From positions 330,001 through 362,000 of the forward strand of contig OZ252021.1 in the NCBI GenBank assembly GCA_965247685.1: a stretch of DNA of 32,000 nucleotides, in the 5' to 3' direction. This DNA comes from Bdellovibrionales bacterium (lineage in GTDB: Bacteria > Bdellovibrionota > Bdellovibrionia > Bdellovibrionales > UBA1609). This document shows, in pieces, positions 18,410-27,552 of the stretch (the first letter of the stretch is position 1; the number at the start of each line of letters is the position of its first letter). The translations under genes were made by a program, and so were the position numbers. The notes under the pieces were generated by a model. That model saw only the letters and a list, made by a program, of their open reading frames with translations, ran no database searches and was not told where the DNA came from.

Positions 18410-19186
18410 ATGGTAAAAATATCCAACAACTTTTTTAAAACCTTGCTTAATAAGCCTTTAATAGGTTTGAAAAGCCTTTTTCTTATCTTATTTTTTTTAG
18501 GCTGTAGCTCTACAACAAAGCTGAATTCTTCTCCTTCTTCTTCATGCTTCAATAAATTTCCATCCAAAGAAGTCTTTGATAATTATGTGGCTTTTCACCA
18601 AGAGCATGCTGACAGCAACCAAAACAGTATGAGAAGTCTCGGTTGTGCTTTTTATCAACAGGGAAATCTTTTATTAGCAGAACAGTGGCTCATAGAAGCC
18701 TACCGCCATGGCCATTTAGAGACTGCAATCGATCTGATGGCTATCTATCTGAAAGAAAATCAGATTAACTTAGCCTCTCAATGGAGAAGGCAGATTGAAA
18801 AAGATCGAACATCTGAGACAGAAATTTCCCGCTGGCTCAAGGTGATCGAAGAGTTAGAAAAGTATGACCAATTTGAAAGCACAGGATACTTAGAGAATGC
18901 CAAAGAAACACTCCTTTACAAAATGAAATATGAGGGTTCTACTCCTATCACAGAACAACTGATAACTAATATCAACAATCTCATAAGTGCCGATGAAGAA
19001 TGTCAGATAAATGGTTCTACTTGTTTACTACCTTACTTAAATGAGCAAAAAAGTTATATAAAAGTTTTTTCTAAAGGAGTTTTAGCAACATTAATTCCAG
19101 ATCTCCCTCTTTATTGGCAGCTTGAAGAATATGACGATACCAAAACAATGATCCCCGTCGTAGACTCTAAAAAATCTCAATCTTGA
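18410..19186 (+). CDS. Hypothetical lipoprotein, first gene of the HNH-topo VI operon
   Basis: Signal peptide with lipobox LFFLGC. The body is helical, possibly Sel1/TPR-like (GCAFYQQGNLLLAEQWLIEAYRHG). I recognise no family. The stop is 4 nt before the HNH start. Confidence 0.55.
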   Translation: MVKISNNFFKTLLNKPLIGLKSLFLILFFLGCSSTTKLNSSPSSSCFNKFPSKEVFDNYVAFHQEHADSNQNSMRSLGCAFYQQGNLLLAEQWLIEAYRHGHLETAIDLMAIYLKENQINLASQWRRQIEKDRTSETEISRWLKVIEELEKYDQFESTGYLENAKETLLYKMKYEGSTPITEQLITNINNLISADEECQINGSTCLLPYLNEQKSYIKVFSKGVLATLIPDLPLYWQLEEYDDTKTMIPVVDSKKSQS

Positions 19187-19190
19187 ATGC

Positions 19191-19469
19191 ATGACATTTT
19201 ATCCCTCTGATACTGCACACATTAAAAAAGAAAGGGAAAAAGCTCGTAAATTACGCTCCACTTCTTGGTGGAAAAATAAAATAAGCAAACAACTTTGCTA
19301 TTTTTGTAAAAAGAAATTTTCAAAAACTCAATTGACTATGGATCACCTGATTCCTCTTGTCCGAGGCGGTAAAAGTATAAAAAATAACATAGTTGTGTCT
19401 TGTAAGAGTTGCAATTCACAAAAAAAATATGAAACAATAGTTGATCAAAGGTTGAAGAAATTAAAATAA
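19191..19469 (+). CDS. Small stand-alone HNH endonuclease
   Basis: 92 aa with a full HNH/zinc-finger layout: C36-x2-C39, D51-H52 (gat cac at 19341-19346), N65/N66, and C71-x2-C74-N75. The N-terminus is basic. Confidence 0.85.
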   Translation: MTFYPSDTAHIKKEREKARKLRSTSWWKNKISKQLCYFCKKKFSKTQLTMDHLIPLVRGGKSIKNNIVVSCKSCNSQKKYETIVDQRLKKLK

Positions 19470-19485
19470 ATTTAAGAATGGTAAT

Positions 19486-21144
19486 ATGACTTCTAAAATT
19501 ATAACAAGCTCAACAGCAGAATATTTTGCAAAAAATTTACAGCAAGTAGGGTTTTCTTCACCTACTAAAGCCGTACTGACAACACTCAAAGAATCTGTAG
19601 ATAACTCTTTAGATGCTTGTGAAGATCACAGTATTTTACCTGAAATTAAAATCAGTATTAAAAAACTTTCTAAAGGCTCTGCTCGAAACACTGATCTGGT
19701 AGAAATTATTGTTGAAGATAATGGTCCAGGTCTTGAAGCAAATGATCTCCCCAAAGTATTTGGAGAATACCTTGCCTCCTCTAAGTTTGGAAAAGGCCGT
19801 TGCTCCAGAGGACAACAAGGAATTGGTATTTCTGCAGCAACAACATGGGCGCAATTAACACATGCAAGTGGTGTCAAAGTCATCAGTAAAACAAAAAAAA
19901 TGAAAAAAGCGCTACAGACACAAATTGATGTAGATATTAGAAATAATAAAGGACTGATGAAAAACAAGACTCTCATCAACTGGGATAAATCTCATGGAAC
20001 TAAAGTCACCTTTAAAATCGACGGACGTATTCAGTTAAATGGAGACGGAGGACTCATCACTTACCTAGAAGGAACATCCATTGTAAACCCTCATTTATCT
20101 TTAGAATATACACTCCTTGATCAACCTTCTCGAACGATTAAAAGAGTAAGTAATATCTCCCCTATAATCCCTCCTGCAACACTTCCTCATCCTCACACAA
20201 TGAAGCTTGGAGAATTTATTTCTCATGCTCATTTATATGACAGCATCTCTTTAAAAAAATTCCTCAAGAAAGGGTTTTCAAAAGTTTCAGATAATACAAT
20301 CAAAAATTTTACCAAACAAGGAATACCAAAATCATTTTTGGATAAAAATTTATCTAATCTTAAAGATCAAGATTACAAAATCATTTTTAAAGCTATGAAT
20401 GATACAGATATGCCTTCTCCCTCTACTCAATCCGTCCTCACTATAGGAGAAATAAGTTTATCAAACAGCATCACCCGCTTAGGCAATGTTGATTTTTTTA
20501 GTGTTATTACCAGAAAGCCCACAATTTGTGATCACAAACCTGTTGTTGTAGAAGTTGCTATTGCACGATTTACCTCTACATCACAAAAATCGGAGGATGG
20601 ACAACAAGAACCATCGATTCAACTTTTACGTTTTGCCAATCGAGTTCCTTTGCAATTCGATAAAGCGGCTTGTGCTATTACTAAATCTGCTGAATCTGTT
20701 AACTGGAAAGCTTATGGGTTATCTCAATCTAAAAACAGCCTTCCCACAGGACCTTATGTTTTTGCTATCTCTATTACTTCACCTTTTATCAAATTTAAAA
20801 ATGCTTCTAAAGAAACTATTGATGCCAGTGAAGAACTTGTAGATGAAATTCGAAAAACTCTCATGCAAGCAGGACAAAAACTTTCTCGACACATTCGAAA
20901 AGAACAAAAAGCTCAAGAGCTTGAGAGAAAAATGCAACATATTGAAAAATTTGTACCTATTTTTATCAAAAAACTGGCAGATATTACTTCTGCATCTTCG
21001 ACAAGAATTAAAAAAGCTGAAAAAGGCATAAAGAAAATTTTAGGGCGAGATGCTCAGGAGGCAGAAAAAGCTTTAAAACAAGCTCAAGGCCGCCTCGATA
21101 ACCTTAAACAAAAAAAGGTAGTAAATCTTCATAGGAGTAAATAG
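19486..21144 (+). CDS. top6B: DNA topoisomerase VI subunit B (GHKL ATPase)
   Basis: Bergerat-fold boxes ESVDNSLDA, VEDNGPGL and SRGQQGIGIS. Transducer-domain blocks LLRFANRVPLQFDKAACAI and the switch-Lys region KFKNASKETI are present. It looks collinear with archaeal Top6B as I recall it and has a K/E-rich C-terminal tail. Confidence 0.9.
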   Translation: MTSKIITSSTAEYFAKNLQQVGFSSPTKAVLTTLKESVDNSLDACEDHSILPEIKISIKKLSKGSARNTDLVEIIVEDNGPGLEANDLPKVFGEYLASSKFGKGRCSRGQQGIGISAATTWAQLTHASGVKVISKTKKMKKALQTQIDVDIRNNKGLMKNKTLINWDKSHGTKVTFKIDGRIQLNGDGGLITYLEGTSIVNPHLSLEYTLLDQPSRTIKRVSNISPIIPPATLPHPHTMKLGEFISHAHLYDSISLKKFLKKGFSKVSDNTIKNFTKQGIPKSFLDKNLSNLKDQDYKIIFKAMNDTDMPSPSTQSVLTIGEISLSNSITRLGNVDFFSVITRKPTICDHKPVVVEVAIARFTSTSQKSEDGQQEPSIQLLRFANRVPLQFDKAACAITKSAESVNWKAYGLSQSKNSLPTGPYVFAISITSPFIKFKNASKETIDASEELVDEIRKTLMQAGQKLSRHIRKEQKAQELERKMQHIEKFVPIFIKKLADITSASSTRIKKAEKGIKKILGRDAQEAEKALKQAQGRLDNLKQKKVVNLHRSK

Positions 21145-21147
21145 TAA

Positions 21148-22317
21148 ATGGCAAAAGAAAAATTAATTCGCATCCGAAAACTCAACAAAGATATTCCTAA
21201 AATATCTTATAACCTGTGTGATCGCATGCTCAAAGATCTAGAGCAGGCAAAACGCCCAATACTTGAAGCTGTGAAATGTTCTCTTGATAACACTGCTTAT
21301 GATGTTAAAACGGGGTATCTTGTTCCTCTTGGTAAAAAAATTCAATCTGAACTGAATGTTTCTTCAATTCGGAAATTATCACGCACTGTTTTTATGATGG
21401 AAATTCTATTGAATAATCTAAAATCTGGTGCAGTAAATACAAAAAGGGAGCTTTACTATATTGCAAAAGGTATTGTGAGGTCTGATAAATTTTTCAAACC
21501 TCTCGACTTTGATGAACAATCCGATTGTGACGGTATTGTTGACTTTATTTGCGACATGCTAGAAGTCTATCGTGAAGAAATGAACTGTTTTGCCAATGAT
21601 CGAGGGGGACAAACTTACTCTCAGCACTTAGTTGTCACAGAAACACTTGCAGATGGAACCAAAGCTGTTGTTGATTTAAGCTCTTTAGGAACCACCCCTT
21701 TTCAACCTAAAAATAAACCTCAACAATTTCAGGTGAAGAAAAAGGGAACATTAAAATTTGGCCTCATTGTAGAATCTGAAGGTACAGCCAACACTTTGGT
21801 GTCTAATGGCATTACTAAAAGGCACCCTTGTGTGGTGATTGGTGCACAAGGTGTTCCAAGTAATGCAGTGAGAGGTTGGTGTAAAACTCTACAAGATCAG
21901 ATACAAATTCCACTATTTTTCTACGGAGACTTAGATGCTTACACTTTACAAAATATTTATAGAACTTTAAAAGCAGGTTCGGCTGCTAGTTTAATTAGAA
22001 ATTCAGACTTTAGCGCTCCAAAGGTTCATTTTTTAGGCCTTCTTCCAGAAGATATTACTAAATATGATCTCCATTGTTACGAAGTCTCTCCTTCAGACCC
22101 TAGCGAAATGCGATCTTTAAAAAAGGCTAGAGATGCTCTTCAAAACGATCCCTTTTTCAAAGATAAAAACAATAAAAAATTAGCTCAAATTTTAAAATGG
22201 CTCCTTAAAGAAAAAAAACGTTGTGAACAACAGTCTGTTTTTTCTACTGATCCAACAAATCCACAAGTGTTGGAAGAATTTATAGTTAAAAAAATTAAAA
22301 CTAAAAATTATATTTAA
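21148..22317 (+). CDS. top6A: DNA topoisomerase VI subunit A (Spo11 family)
   Basis: 5Y-CAP catalytic block KRELYYIAKG (Y103/Y104, nt 21454-21459). Toprim Glu is in LIVESEG (E209, nt 21772-21774). The DxD motif is in FFYGDLDAY (D261/D263, nt 21928-21936). A GGAG RBS is present and the start is 3 nt after the top6B stop. Confidence 0.9.
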   Translation: MAKEKLIRIRKLNKDIPKISYNLCDRMLKDLEQAKRPILEAVKCSLDNTAYDVKTGYLVPLGKKIQSELNVSSIRKLSRTVFMMEILLNNLKSGAVNTKRELYYIAKGIVRSDKFFKPLDFDEQSDCDGIVDFICDMLEVYREEMNCFANDRGGQTYSQHLVVTETLADGTKAVVDLSSLGTTPFQPKNKPQQFQVKKKGTLKFGLIVESEGTANTLVSNGITKRHPCVVIGAQGVPSNAVRGWCKTLQDQIQIPLFFYGDLDAYTLQNIYRTLKAGSAASLIRNSDFSAPKVHFLGLLPEDITKYDLHCYEVSPSDPSEMRSLKKARDALQNDPFFKDKNNKKLAQILKWLLKEKKRCEQQSVFSTDPTNPQVLEEFIVKKIKTKNYI

Positions 22318-22373
22318 GCACAAAGTTTTTTAAGAAAAAATTCGAAGTCTAAATTCAAACAGTGAATAAAAAA

Positions 22374-23042
22374 TTAATTTTTAAATGGTAGAGAATCTTC
22401 TTTGGAATCTTTTGTTTTGGGAATTTTTAAAGATTGTACATATAGGTTATAACCACTCTCAATGACTTTAAAATTTTGTAAAATACATTTTAACTGTCGG
22501 CGTAGGTAATTATAAAAAACAACAGCAGGAATAGCCACAATCAAACCCACAGCAGTAGCCAGCAGCGCCTTCGTAATACCCAACATCACAAAAGAGTTTT
22601 CGGAGGATGTTTCCAAAGCATTAAAAGAGTGCATCACACCAAACAAAGTTCCTAAAAGACCCACAAAAGGAGCGGTGGAACCTACATTAGCTAAAATACT
22701 CAATCGAGCTTCTAATTTATTTTTAGAATTCTGAACAAAAGATTGAAAAATAGAAATAACTAAATCCGGTTTCTTCTCAATATACAAAGACACCCAATCA
22801 AATCCTGGATTGTAGGAGGGATTATAATTTTGACTAGTTAAAGATTTAATCCAAATAAGATTATCACTGCTCACAGCCTGTTTTATTTCCTTACAAGCTT
22901 TTTCAGTTGATTTTTTCCAACCTCTTAAAAGAAAGAAACGTTCCATAAAAACTGCAAAACTGAACACACTCATAAAGAATAAAATCCACAGTGTAATTTC
23001 GTGACCCCACTGTGCAATAAAAAAAAATGGATTCAACAACAT
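22374..23042 (-). CDS. MotA/TolQ/ExbB-family proton-channel protein (stator major subunit)
   Basis: 222 aa with three TM segments. Family blocks are LANVGSTAPFVGLLGTLFGVMHSF and GITKALLATAVGLIVAIPAVVFYNYL. Confidence 0.85.
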   Translation of the reverse strand: MLLNPFFFIAQWGHEITLWILFFMSVFSFAVFMERFFLLRGWKKSTEKACKEIKQAVSSDNLIWIKSLTSQNYNPSYNPGFDWVSLYIEKKPDLVISIFQSFVQNSKNKLEARLSILANVGSTAPFVGLLGTLFGVMHSFNALETSSENSFVMLGITKALLATAVGLIVAIPAVVFYNYLRRQLKCILQNFKVIESGYNLYVQSLKIPKTKDSKEDSLPFKN

Positions 23043-23055
23043 ACTTTACCGCCTA

Positions 23056-23733
23056 TTAAAAAATAACCTGTCCCAGCCAAAAAGACTCCGTATCTGAATT
23101 TTTAGATAAGATTTTTCCTAATTCATTAATAGAGTTTTGAGAAATAGAGTTTTGAGAAAATTTTAAAAACTCTGCAGATGCCACATGACCACTGAGTAGA
23201 ATTAATTGATCTCCTTCTTGAATTTTTACAGATTGAACAGATAACAAAACATCTTCAAAAAGTCCTAACAAATTATAAGGCAAATAAGATATATCTGCGG
23301 ACTGAGAAGAATTCATCATTTGATTTTGACCAATCATTTGAAAAGAATTTTTATTCTTTGAAAAGAAGACTTGAGGATGACCAATTTGAGCAAAAACAAA
23401 TTCGGTATCTGTTTGGATTCCAAAAAACACTTCAAACCCCATAGAAATTTCTTTTTGATTATGTTTTGTAAAGATATCTTTATTCACTTGAATGTAAACT
23501 GCTCTTAAACTATTTTCATTATCAGATAGAGAATCCATTCTTTGAAAAGGCTGAGTACGATCAGAGTCCGCAGATAAATAAGAATAACTTTCTTGAAAAG
23601 AAGAAATAACTCCTAAAGCGTCCTTTTGAGAAGCGTTCCAAGGGGTCACAACAGCAACCGTGTGAGGAGTGCATCTCACTACTGGGCTTGGACGAATAGA
23701 CTGACCTGAAAAAGAACGTTCATTTACCTGCAA
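23056..23733 (-). CDS. Hypothetical protein (possible degenerate PP2C-like fold)
   Basis: The track ORF starts at TTG 23760 and would overlap the E2 stop by 11 nt, with no RBS. I prefer the in-frame TTG at 23731-23733, which is preceded by GGAGA 7 nt upstream. I recognise no confident family. Confidence 0.5.
   Translation of the reverse strand: MQVNERSFSGQSIRPSPVVRCTPHTVAVVTPWNASQKDALGVISSFQESYSYLSADSDRTQPFQRMDSLSDNENSLRAVYIQVNKDIFTKHNQKEISMGFEVFFGIQTDTEFVFAQIGHPQVFFSKNKNSFQMIGQNQMMNSSQSADISYLPYNLLGLFEDVLLSVQSVKIQEGDQLILLSGHVASAEFLKFSQNSISQNSINELGKILSKNSDTESFWLGQVIF
23129..23158. repeat. Perfect 15-bp tandem duplication inside the hypothetical gene
   Basis: atagagttttgagaa occurs at 23129-23143 and again at 23144-23158. 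On the coding (minus) strand this gives the duplicated pentapeptide SQNSI-SQNSI. Confidence 0.9.
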
Positions 23734-23749
23734 AATATTTTCTCCATTT

Positions 23750-24982
23750 TTAGCTTTCAATTAAAAGTAAAGAAGGATTTTCTATACGCTCTGCAAATTG
23801 AGACATAAAACGAGCAGCCACAGCTCCATCGATAAGACGATGATCTGAAGTGATAGAAAAATTCATAGCAGGACAAGGTTGATACGATCCATTTTTCCAA
23901 ACTGGTTTATCATAAATACGATACATACCTAATATACAAACTTCAGGAGGGTTAATAATAGGAGTAGCCCACTGACCAGCAATACTTCCAATATTTGTAA
24001 TAGTTGTTGTAGCCCCTTTCATCTCATCTACTTGAATCGTTCCATCACGAGCTTTATCTGAAAGTGATTTAATTTCACGACTGATTTGCACAATAGTCTT
24101 TTTATTCACATCACGAACCACAGGAACAAGAAGACCTCTTGGAGTATCAGTTGCAAAAGCAAAATAATAATATTTTTTATAAACAATTTCTTCTGAAGAA
24201 TCATCAATACTGGCGTTAAATTCTGGAAAATCTAAAAAAGTATGATACAAAGTCTTCATAACAAAAGAAAGATAAGTAATCTTCACATCAGGATAAAGTT
24301 TTTTAGCTTGTTCACGTAAAGCCACCAAAGATTGAACAGAGACTTCTTCTATTAAAGTAAAGTGGGGAATATTATGTTTAGAGGACTGCATGTTATGTGC
24401 AATTTTTTTTCTAATTCCCTTAAGAGGAACTCTTTCTTCTGGACCTATCCGAGGGACAGAAAACCCCGTTCGTAGATTTATGGATTTTACCTCTTGTTCT
24501 GTAGAAGGAATCAGATTTTGAATATCTTGTAAAGTGACTCGTTTTGAGAGCCCCGTACCTTGAACACGAGAAAGATCAATGGAATTTTCACGAGCTATTT
24601 TTCGAATAAGAGGAGTTGCTAAAATATTTTCATTTCCCTGTGGATGGTTTGTGGCTACATTGGAATCAGAACTTAATTCGGCAGGTTCAAAATGAGGAGT
24701 TTGGCTTTCTTGTTCTTTTGAAGTCTTATCTGAAACACTCCCGCTTTCCATATTTAAAATCAATAAAACTCCACCCACTCCACAGAATTGTCCCTCTTTG
24801 CACTTGAGTTCTTTGACTTCTCCAGAAAAAGGGCTGGGCACTTCTAATGAGGCCTTATCTGTCATCACCTCAGCAAGAATATCATCTTCTTGAACCACAT
24901 CACCAACTGAAACCCGCCAGCTTAGAAGTTCACCTTCTACAACTCCTTCGCCTAATTCGGGCATTACCACTTTTTGTGTCAT
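23750..24982 (-). CDS. 2-oxoacid dehydrogenase E2 component (dihydrolipoamide acyltransferase)
   Basis: Lipoyl domain ([13 protein letters not shown]), subunit-binding domain ([23 protein letters not shown]) and catalytic SDHRLIDGA. The substrate class is not assignable. No E1 or E3 gene lies in the window. Confidence 0.9.
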   Translation of the reverse strand: MTQKVVMPELGEGVVEGELLSWRVSVGDVVQEDDILAEVMTDKASLEVPSPFSGEVKELKCKEGQFCGVGGVLLILNMESGSVSDKTSKEQESQTPHFEPAELSSDSNVATNHPQGNENILATPLIRKIARENSIDLSRVQGTGLSKRVTLQDIQNLIPSTEQEVKSINLRTGFSVPRIGPEERVPLKGIRKKIAHNMQSSKHNIPHFTLIEEVSVQSLVALREQAKKLYPDVKITYLSFVMKTLYHTFLDFPEFNASIDDSSEEIVYKKYYYFAFATDTPRGLLVPVVRDVNKKTIVQISREIKSLSDKARDGTIQVDEMKGATTTITNIGSIAGQWATPIINPPEVCILGMYRIYDKPVWKNGSYQPCPAMNFSITSDHRLIDGAVAARFMSQFAERIENPSLLLIES

Positions 24983-25884
24983 TGAATTTTATCCTCTGTC
25001 AGGGGGCTCGGTTTTTGAACTCCTTTTTCTAACACTCCTTGAATAAAATATTCTCCTGCTCGATAAGAACTCCGCACAAGCGGACCACTTGCAACATACA
25101 AAAACCCTAAGGATAAAGCAAATTCTTTCCACTCATCAAACTTTACCGGCGTCACATACTTTTGCACAGGCAAGTGACGAGGAGTGGGTCTTAGATATTG
25201 TCCAAATGTCACCACATCGCAAGCCACATTTCTTAAGTCTTTAAGTGTTTGCTGAATCTCTTGAGAGCTTTCACCTAAACCCAACATGATGGAAGATTTT
25301 GTAAAAATATTGTTGGATTGAGTTTTAATATATCGAAGTACATTTAAAGATTGCTTATACTGGGCTCTTGGATCTCTTACTTGAGGAGTGAGCCTTTCTA
25401 CTGTTTCAATATTATGAGCGAAAACATGAGGTCCAGCATCTACGATATCGTTAAGACTCTCTTTTTTCCCTCTAAAATCAGGAGTTAAAACTTCAACTAA
25501 TAGTGAAGGAGCATTTTTTCTTAAAAGTCGAATAGTTTGAGCAAAGTGTCCGGCTCCATCATCTTCTAAATCATCTCGATTAACGGAGGTGAGAACTACA
25601 TAACTCAGTCCCATACTAGAGATGGCTTTAGAAACTTTTGCAGGTTCCAGTGGATCGGGAGCAGTTTTTGGCCGGCCTGTCTTGACATTACAAAAACGAC
25701 AGCCTCGTGTACACATATCCCCCATAAGCATAATGGTAGCTGTTCCACCACCCCAACACTCTGCGATGTTGGGACAACGAGCTTCTTCACAAACAGTTGC
25801 TAGGTTTAATTCAGAAGTGAGTTTTTTGACACGAACATACTCGCTTCCACTAGGGATTCGAACTTTCAGCCACTCAGGCTTCAT
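24979..25884 (-). CDS. lipA: Lipoyl synthase
   Basis: Auxiliary-cluster motif [12 protein letters not shown] and radical-SAM motif CTRGCRFC. The track ORF begins 38 codons upstream; I prefer ATG 25882-25884 ([11 protein letters not shown]). Its stop overlaps the E2 start as ATGA. Confidence 0.95.
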   Translation of the reverse strand: MKPEWLKVRIPSGSEYVRVKKLTSELNLATVCEEARCPNIAECWGGGTATIMLMGDMCTRGCRFCNVKTGRPKTAPDPLEPAKVSKAISSMGLSYVVLTSVNRDDLEDDGAGHFAQTIRLLRKNAPSLLVEVLTPDFRGKKESLNDIVDAGPHVFAHNIETVERLTPQVRDPRAQYKQSLNVLRYIKTQSNNIFTKSSIMLGLGESSQEIQQTLKDLRNVACDVVTFGQYLRPTPRHLPVQKYVTPVKFDEWKEFALSLGFLYVASGPLVRSSYRAGEYFIQGVLEKGVQKPSPLTEDKIQ

Positions 25885-25912
25885 ATTGGTTTTCTCTTTA
25901 TTCTGAGCTTTA

Positions 25913-26719
25913 CTATTTTTCCATGTCTTTAATAAGGCGATCAATGATCGATTTAAATTCAGAAAAAGGTTGAGCTCCTGATAAAGAAATCCCTCCAACT
26001 AAGAAACTAGGAGTACCACTCACACCAAATTTTCGAGCTTCCTCTTCATCTGCTTTCACAACAGCTTCTGCATCATCCAGTTTGGATTTTACTTTAGTAA
26101 CGCTTAAACCTACTTCCTTCACCAGTTCATCCAAGAACTTATCCGATTGAAGATCTCCTTGTCTCTCAAAAATTTTGTCGTGGAACATTTTTGATTTAGA
26201 TGCATCCAATTGAGTTATAGCTTCATAGTATTGAGCCGCTTTTCGAGACTGCGGAGACAATACAGGAAAATGCTTATAAAGGACACGAACTTTACCGTCA
26301 TATTCTTTAAGTATTTGCATCACCGCACCTTCATGAGCTCTTTTGCAGTAACCACATCTAAAATCGGAATATTCTACAACAGTGATAGGAGCATTCTTAT
26401 CACCAAAGTAAGCTCTTTTTTCCCCTAGAACAGGCTTCTTTGGATTTTTAAACTCATCTTCTCTTTTTGTCGCCTGGCTTTTTTGAGCTTCTTCAGCTTG
26501 TTTCTTTCTGTACTCCAGACTCGCTTCGTTCAAAGCATTAAGCACTTTCTTTGGATGCTTCTTAATCACACTCACAAGAATATCTGGATTATCTTCAAGT
26601 ATTTTTTGAATATATTGCTTGGAACACGATACCGTTGACAAAAGAATAAACACCAACGACAACATTCTAAAGTAAAACACAGCTCTCTCCTTTTTAAGTG
26701 ATTGTTCTAAGGTCACCAT
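25913..26719 (-). CDS. DsbA-family thiol:disulfide oxidoreductase (secreted, possibly a lipoprotein)
   Basis: CxxC active site [10 protein letters not shown] in a DsbA-like context. N-terminal hydrophobic signal ending LSTVSC. The start is uncertain: TTG 26746, ATG 26719 or ATG 26665. Confidence 0.8.
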   Translation of the reverse strand: MVTLEQSLKKERAVFYFRMLSLVFILLSTVSCSKQYIQKILEDNPDILVSVIKKHPKKVLNALNEASLEYRKKQAEEAQKSQATKREDEFKNPKKPVLGEKRAYFGDKNAPITVVEYSDFRCGYCKRAHEGAVMQILKEYDGKVRVLYKHFPVLSPQSRKAAQYYEAITQLDASKSKMFHDKIFERQGDLQSDKFLDELVKEVGLSVTKVKSKLDDAEAVVKADEEEARKFGVSGTPSFLVGGISLSGAQPFSEFKSIIDRLIKDMEK

Positions 26720-26846
26720 TCTCACATTAAAAGGATTATTTTTCAAATAAAAAATGAACTTATATATTATTTTATTTCAATTGTTTTCATTTCAGATTAT
26801 CCTCTAAGTTGAATTGAACAACAAAGAATTTACACTGGTCTGGATT

Positions 26847-27485
26847 ATGAAGCTCTGTATCAAAACAAAACACTGCGTCCTTTTATGGATGTTATTTCTC
26901 GTTCACTGTATTCACATGGGTGAACCTGAGTATTTTCCCATTAATGTCAAATATCTATTTCACGAAGTTCACGCTAAAGGATTTGAAAGTATGATTCAAT
27001 TAATTAACCCTTGGCTGAAAAAATCCACGGAATTAAGAAAAGAAGAATTTGCTATCGGCAGTTCCGTAGAAATTGAATATGCTGTTCGAAAAGCTTTTAC
27101 TATTGCTTTATCCCGTACCAATCGCGACGGAGTCGTGAGCAGTCTGCTTCAATATATTCAATCCCGTACATCCACTAAAGCCGATTTCTATGACACGGTT
27201 TTTATCATTTCACAACAATCTATAAAGGGTTTAAAGAATAGCAGACGTTCACCTATAGAAAGAGCAACTTATTTCACTATTCTGGAAAATATCAATGAAG
27301 CTTTGACTCCTTACATTTCTAAACAACCTAGGGCTCGAGAAGTGTTGGAGTTGATTGCTCAAGCCCGATTGGTCATTCCTGAGTCTGTGCATAATATCCG
27401 ATACCTTCATGCTTTAGAAAATAAAACTTTTTCTCCCTCCGTAGTGGCTCGATCTCTTTTAAAGAAAAACCTTCCTCAAGAATAA
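26847..27485 (+). CDS. Hypothetical protein with signal/lipobox-like N-terminus
   Basis: The track ORF starts at TTG 26814. The ATG at 26847 gives MKLCIKTKHCVLLWMLFLVHC, which is signal-like. The body is helical. I recognise no family. Confidence 0.45.
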   Translation: MKLCIKTKHCVLLWMLFLVHCIHMGEPEYFPINVKYLFHEVHAKGFESMIQLINPWLKKSTELRKEEFAIGSSVEIEYAVRKAFTIALSRTNRDGVVSSLLQYIQSRTSTKADFYDTVFIISQQSIKGLKNSRRSPIERATYFTILENINEALTPYISKQPRAREVLELIAQARLVIPESVHNIRYLHALENKTFSPSVVARSLLKKNLPQE

Positions 27486-27552
27486 AACACCTTGTCGATT
27501 GTTTCTTTCTAAGCTATAAAACTTTTTCTGATTAAGATAAGGATTAAACTCA

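Noticed and set aside
19191-19469. The HNH gene could be a homing endonuclease or mobile-element marker.
   Set aside because: It does not interrupt any gene, so there is no intron or intein context. I saw no flanking direct or inverted repeats and no integrase or transposase. Its composition matches its neighbours.
19486-22317. The Top6B/Top6A pair could be a disguised defence module, such as a Wadjet JetD-like Toprim protein, a MORC-like GHKL ATPase, or Topo VIII.
   Set aside because: Top6A keeps the catalytic Tyr block, which JetD lacks. Top6B has the full transducer domain. The subunits are separate rather than fused as in Topo VIII. No SMC/kleisin (JetABC) genes are nearby.
22374-23042. 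The ExbB/MotA-like gene next to DNA-enzyme genes could be a Zorya-type (ZorA) defence component.
   Set aside because: The protein is 222 aa with the standard three-TM ExbB/TolQ layout and lacks the long ZorA tail. It is on the opposite strand and convergent to top6A. No ZorB/C/D-like genes are present.
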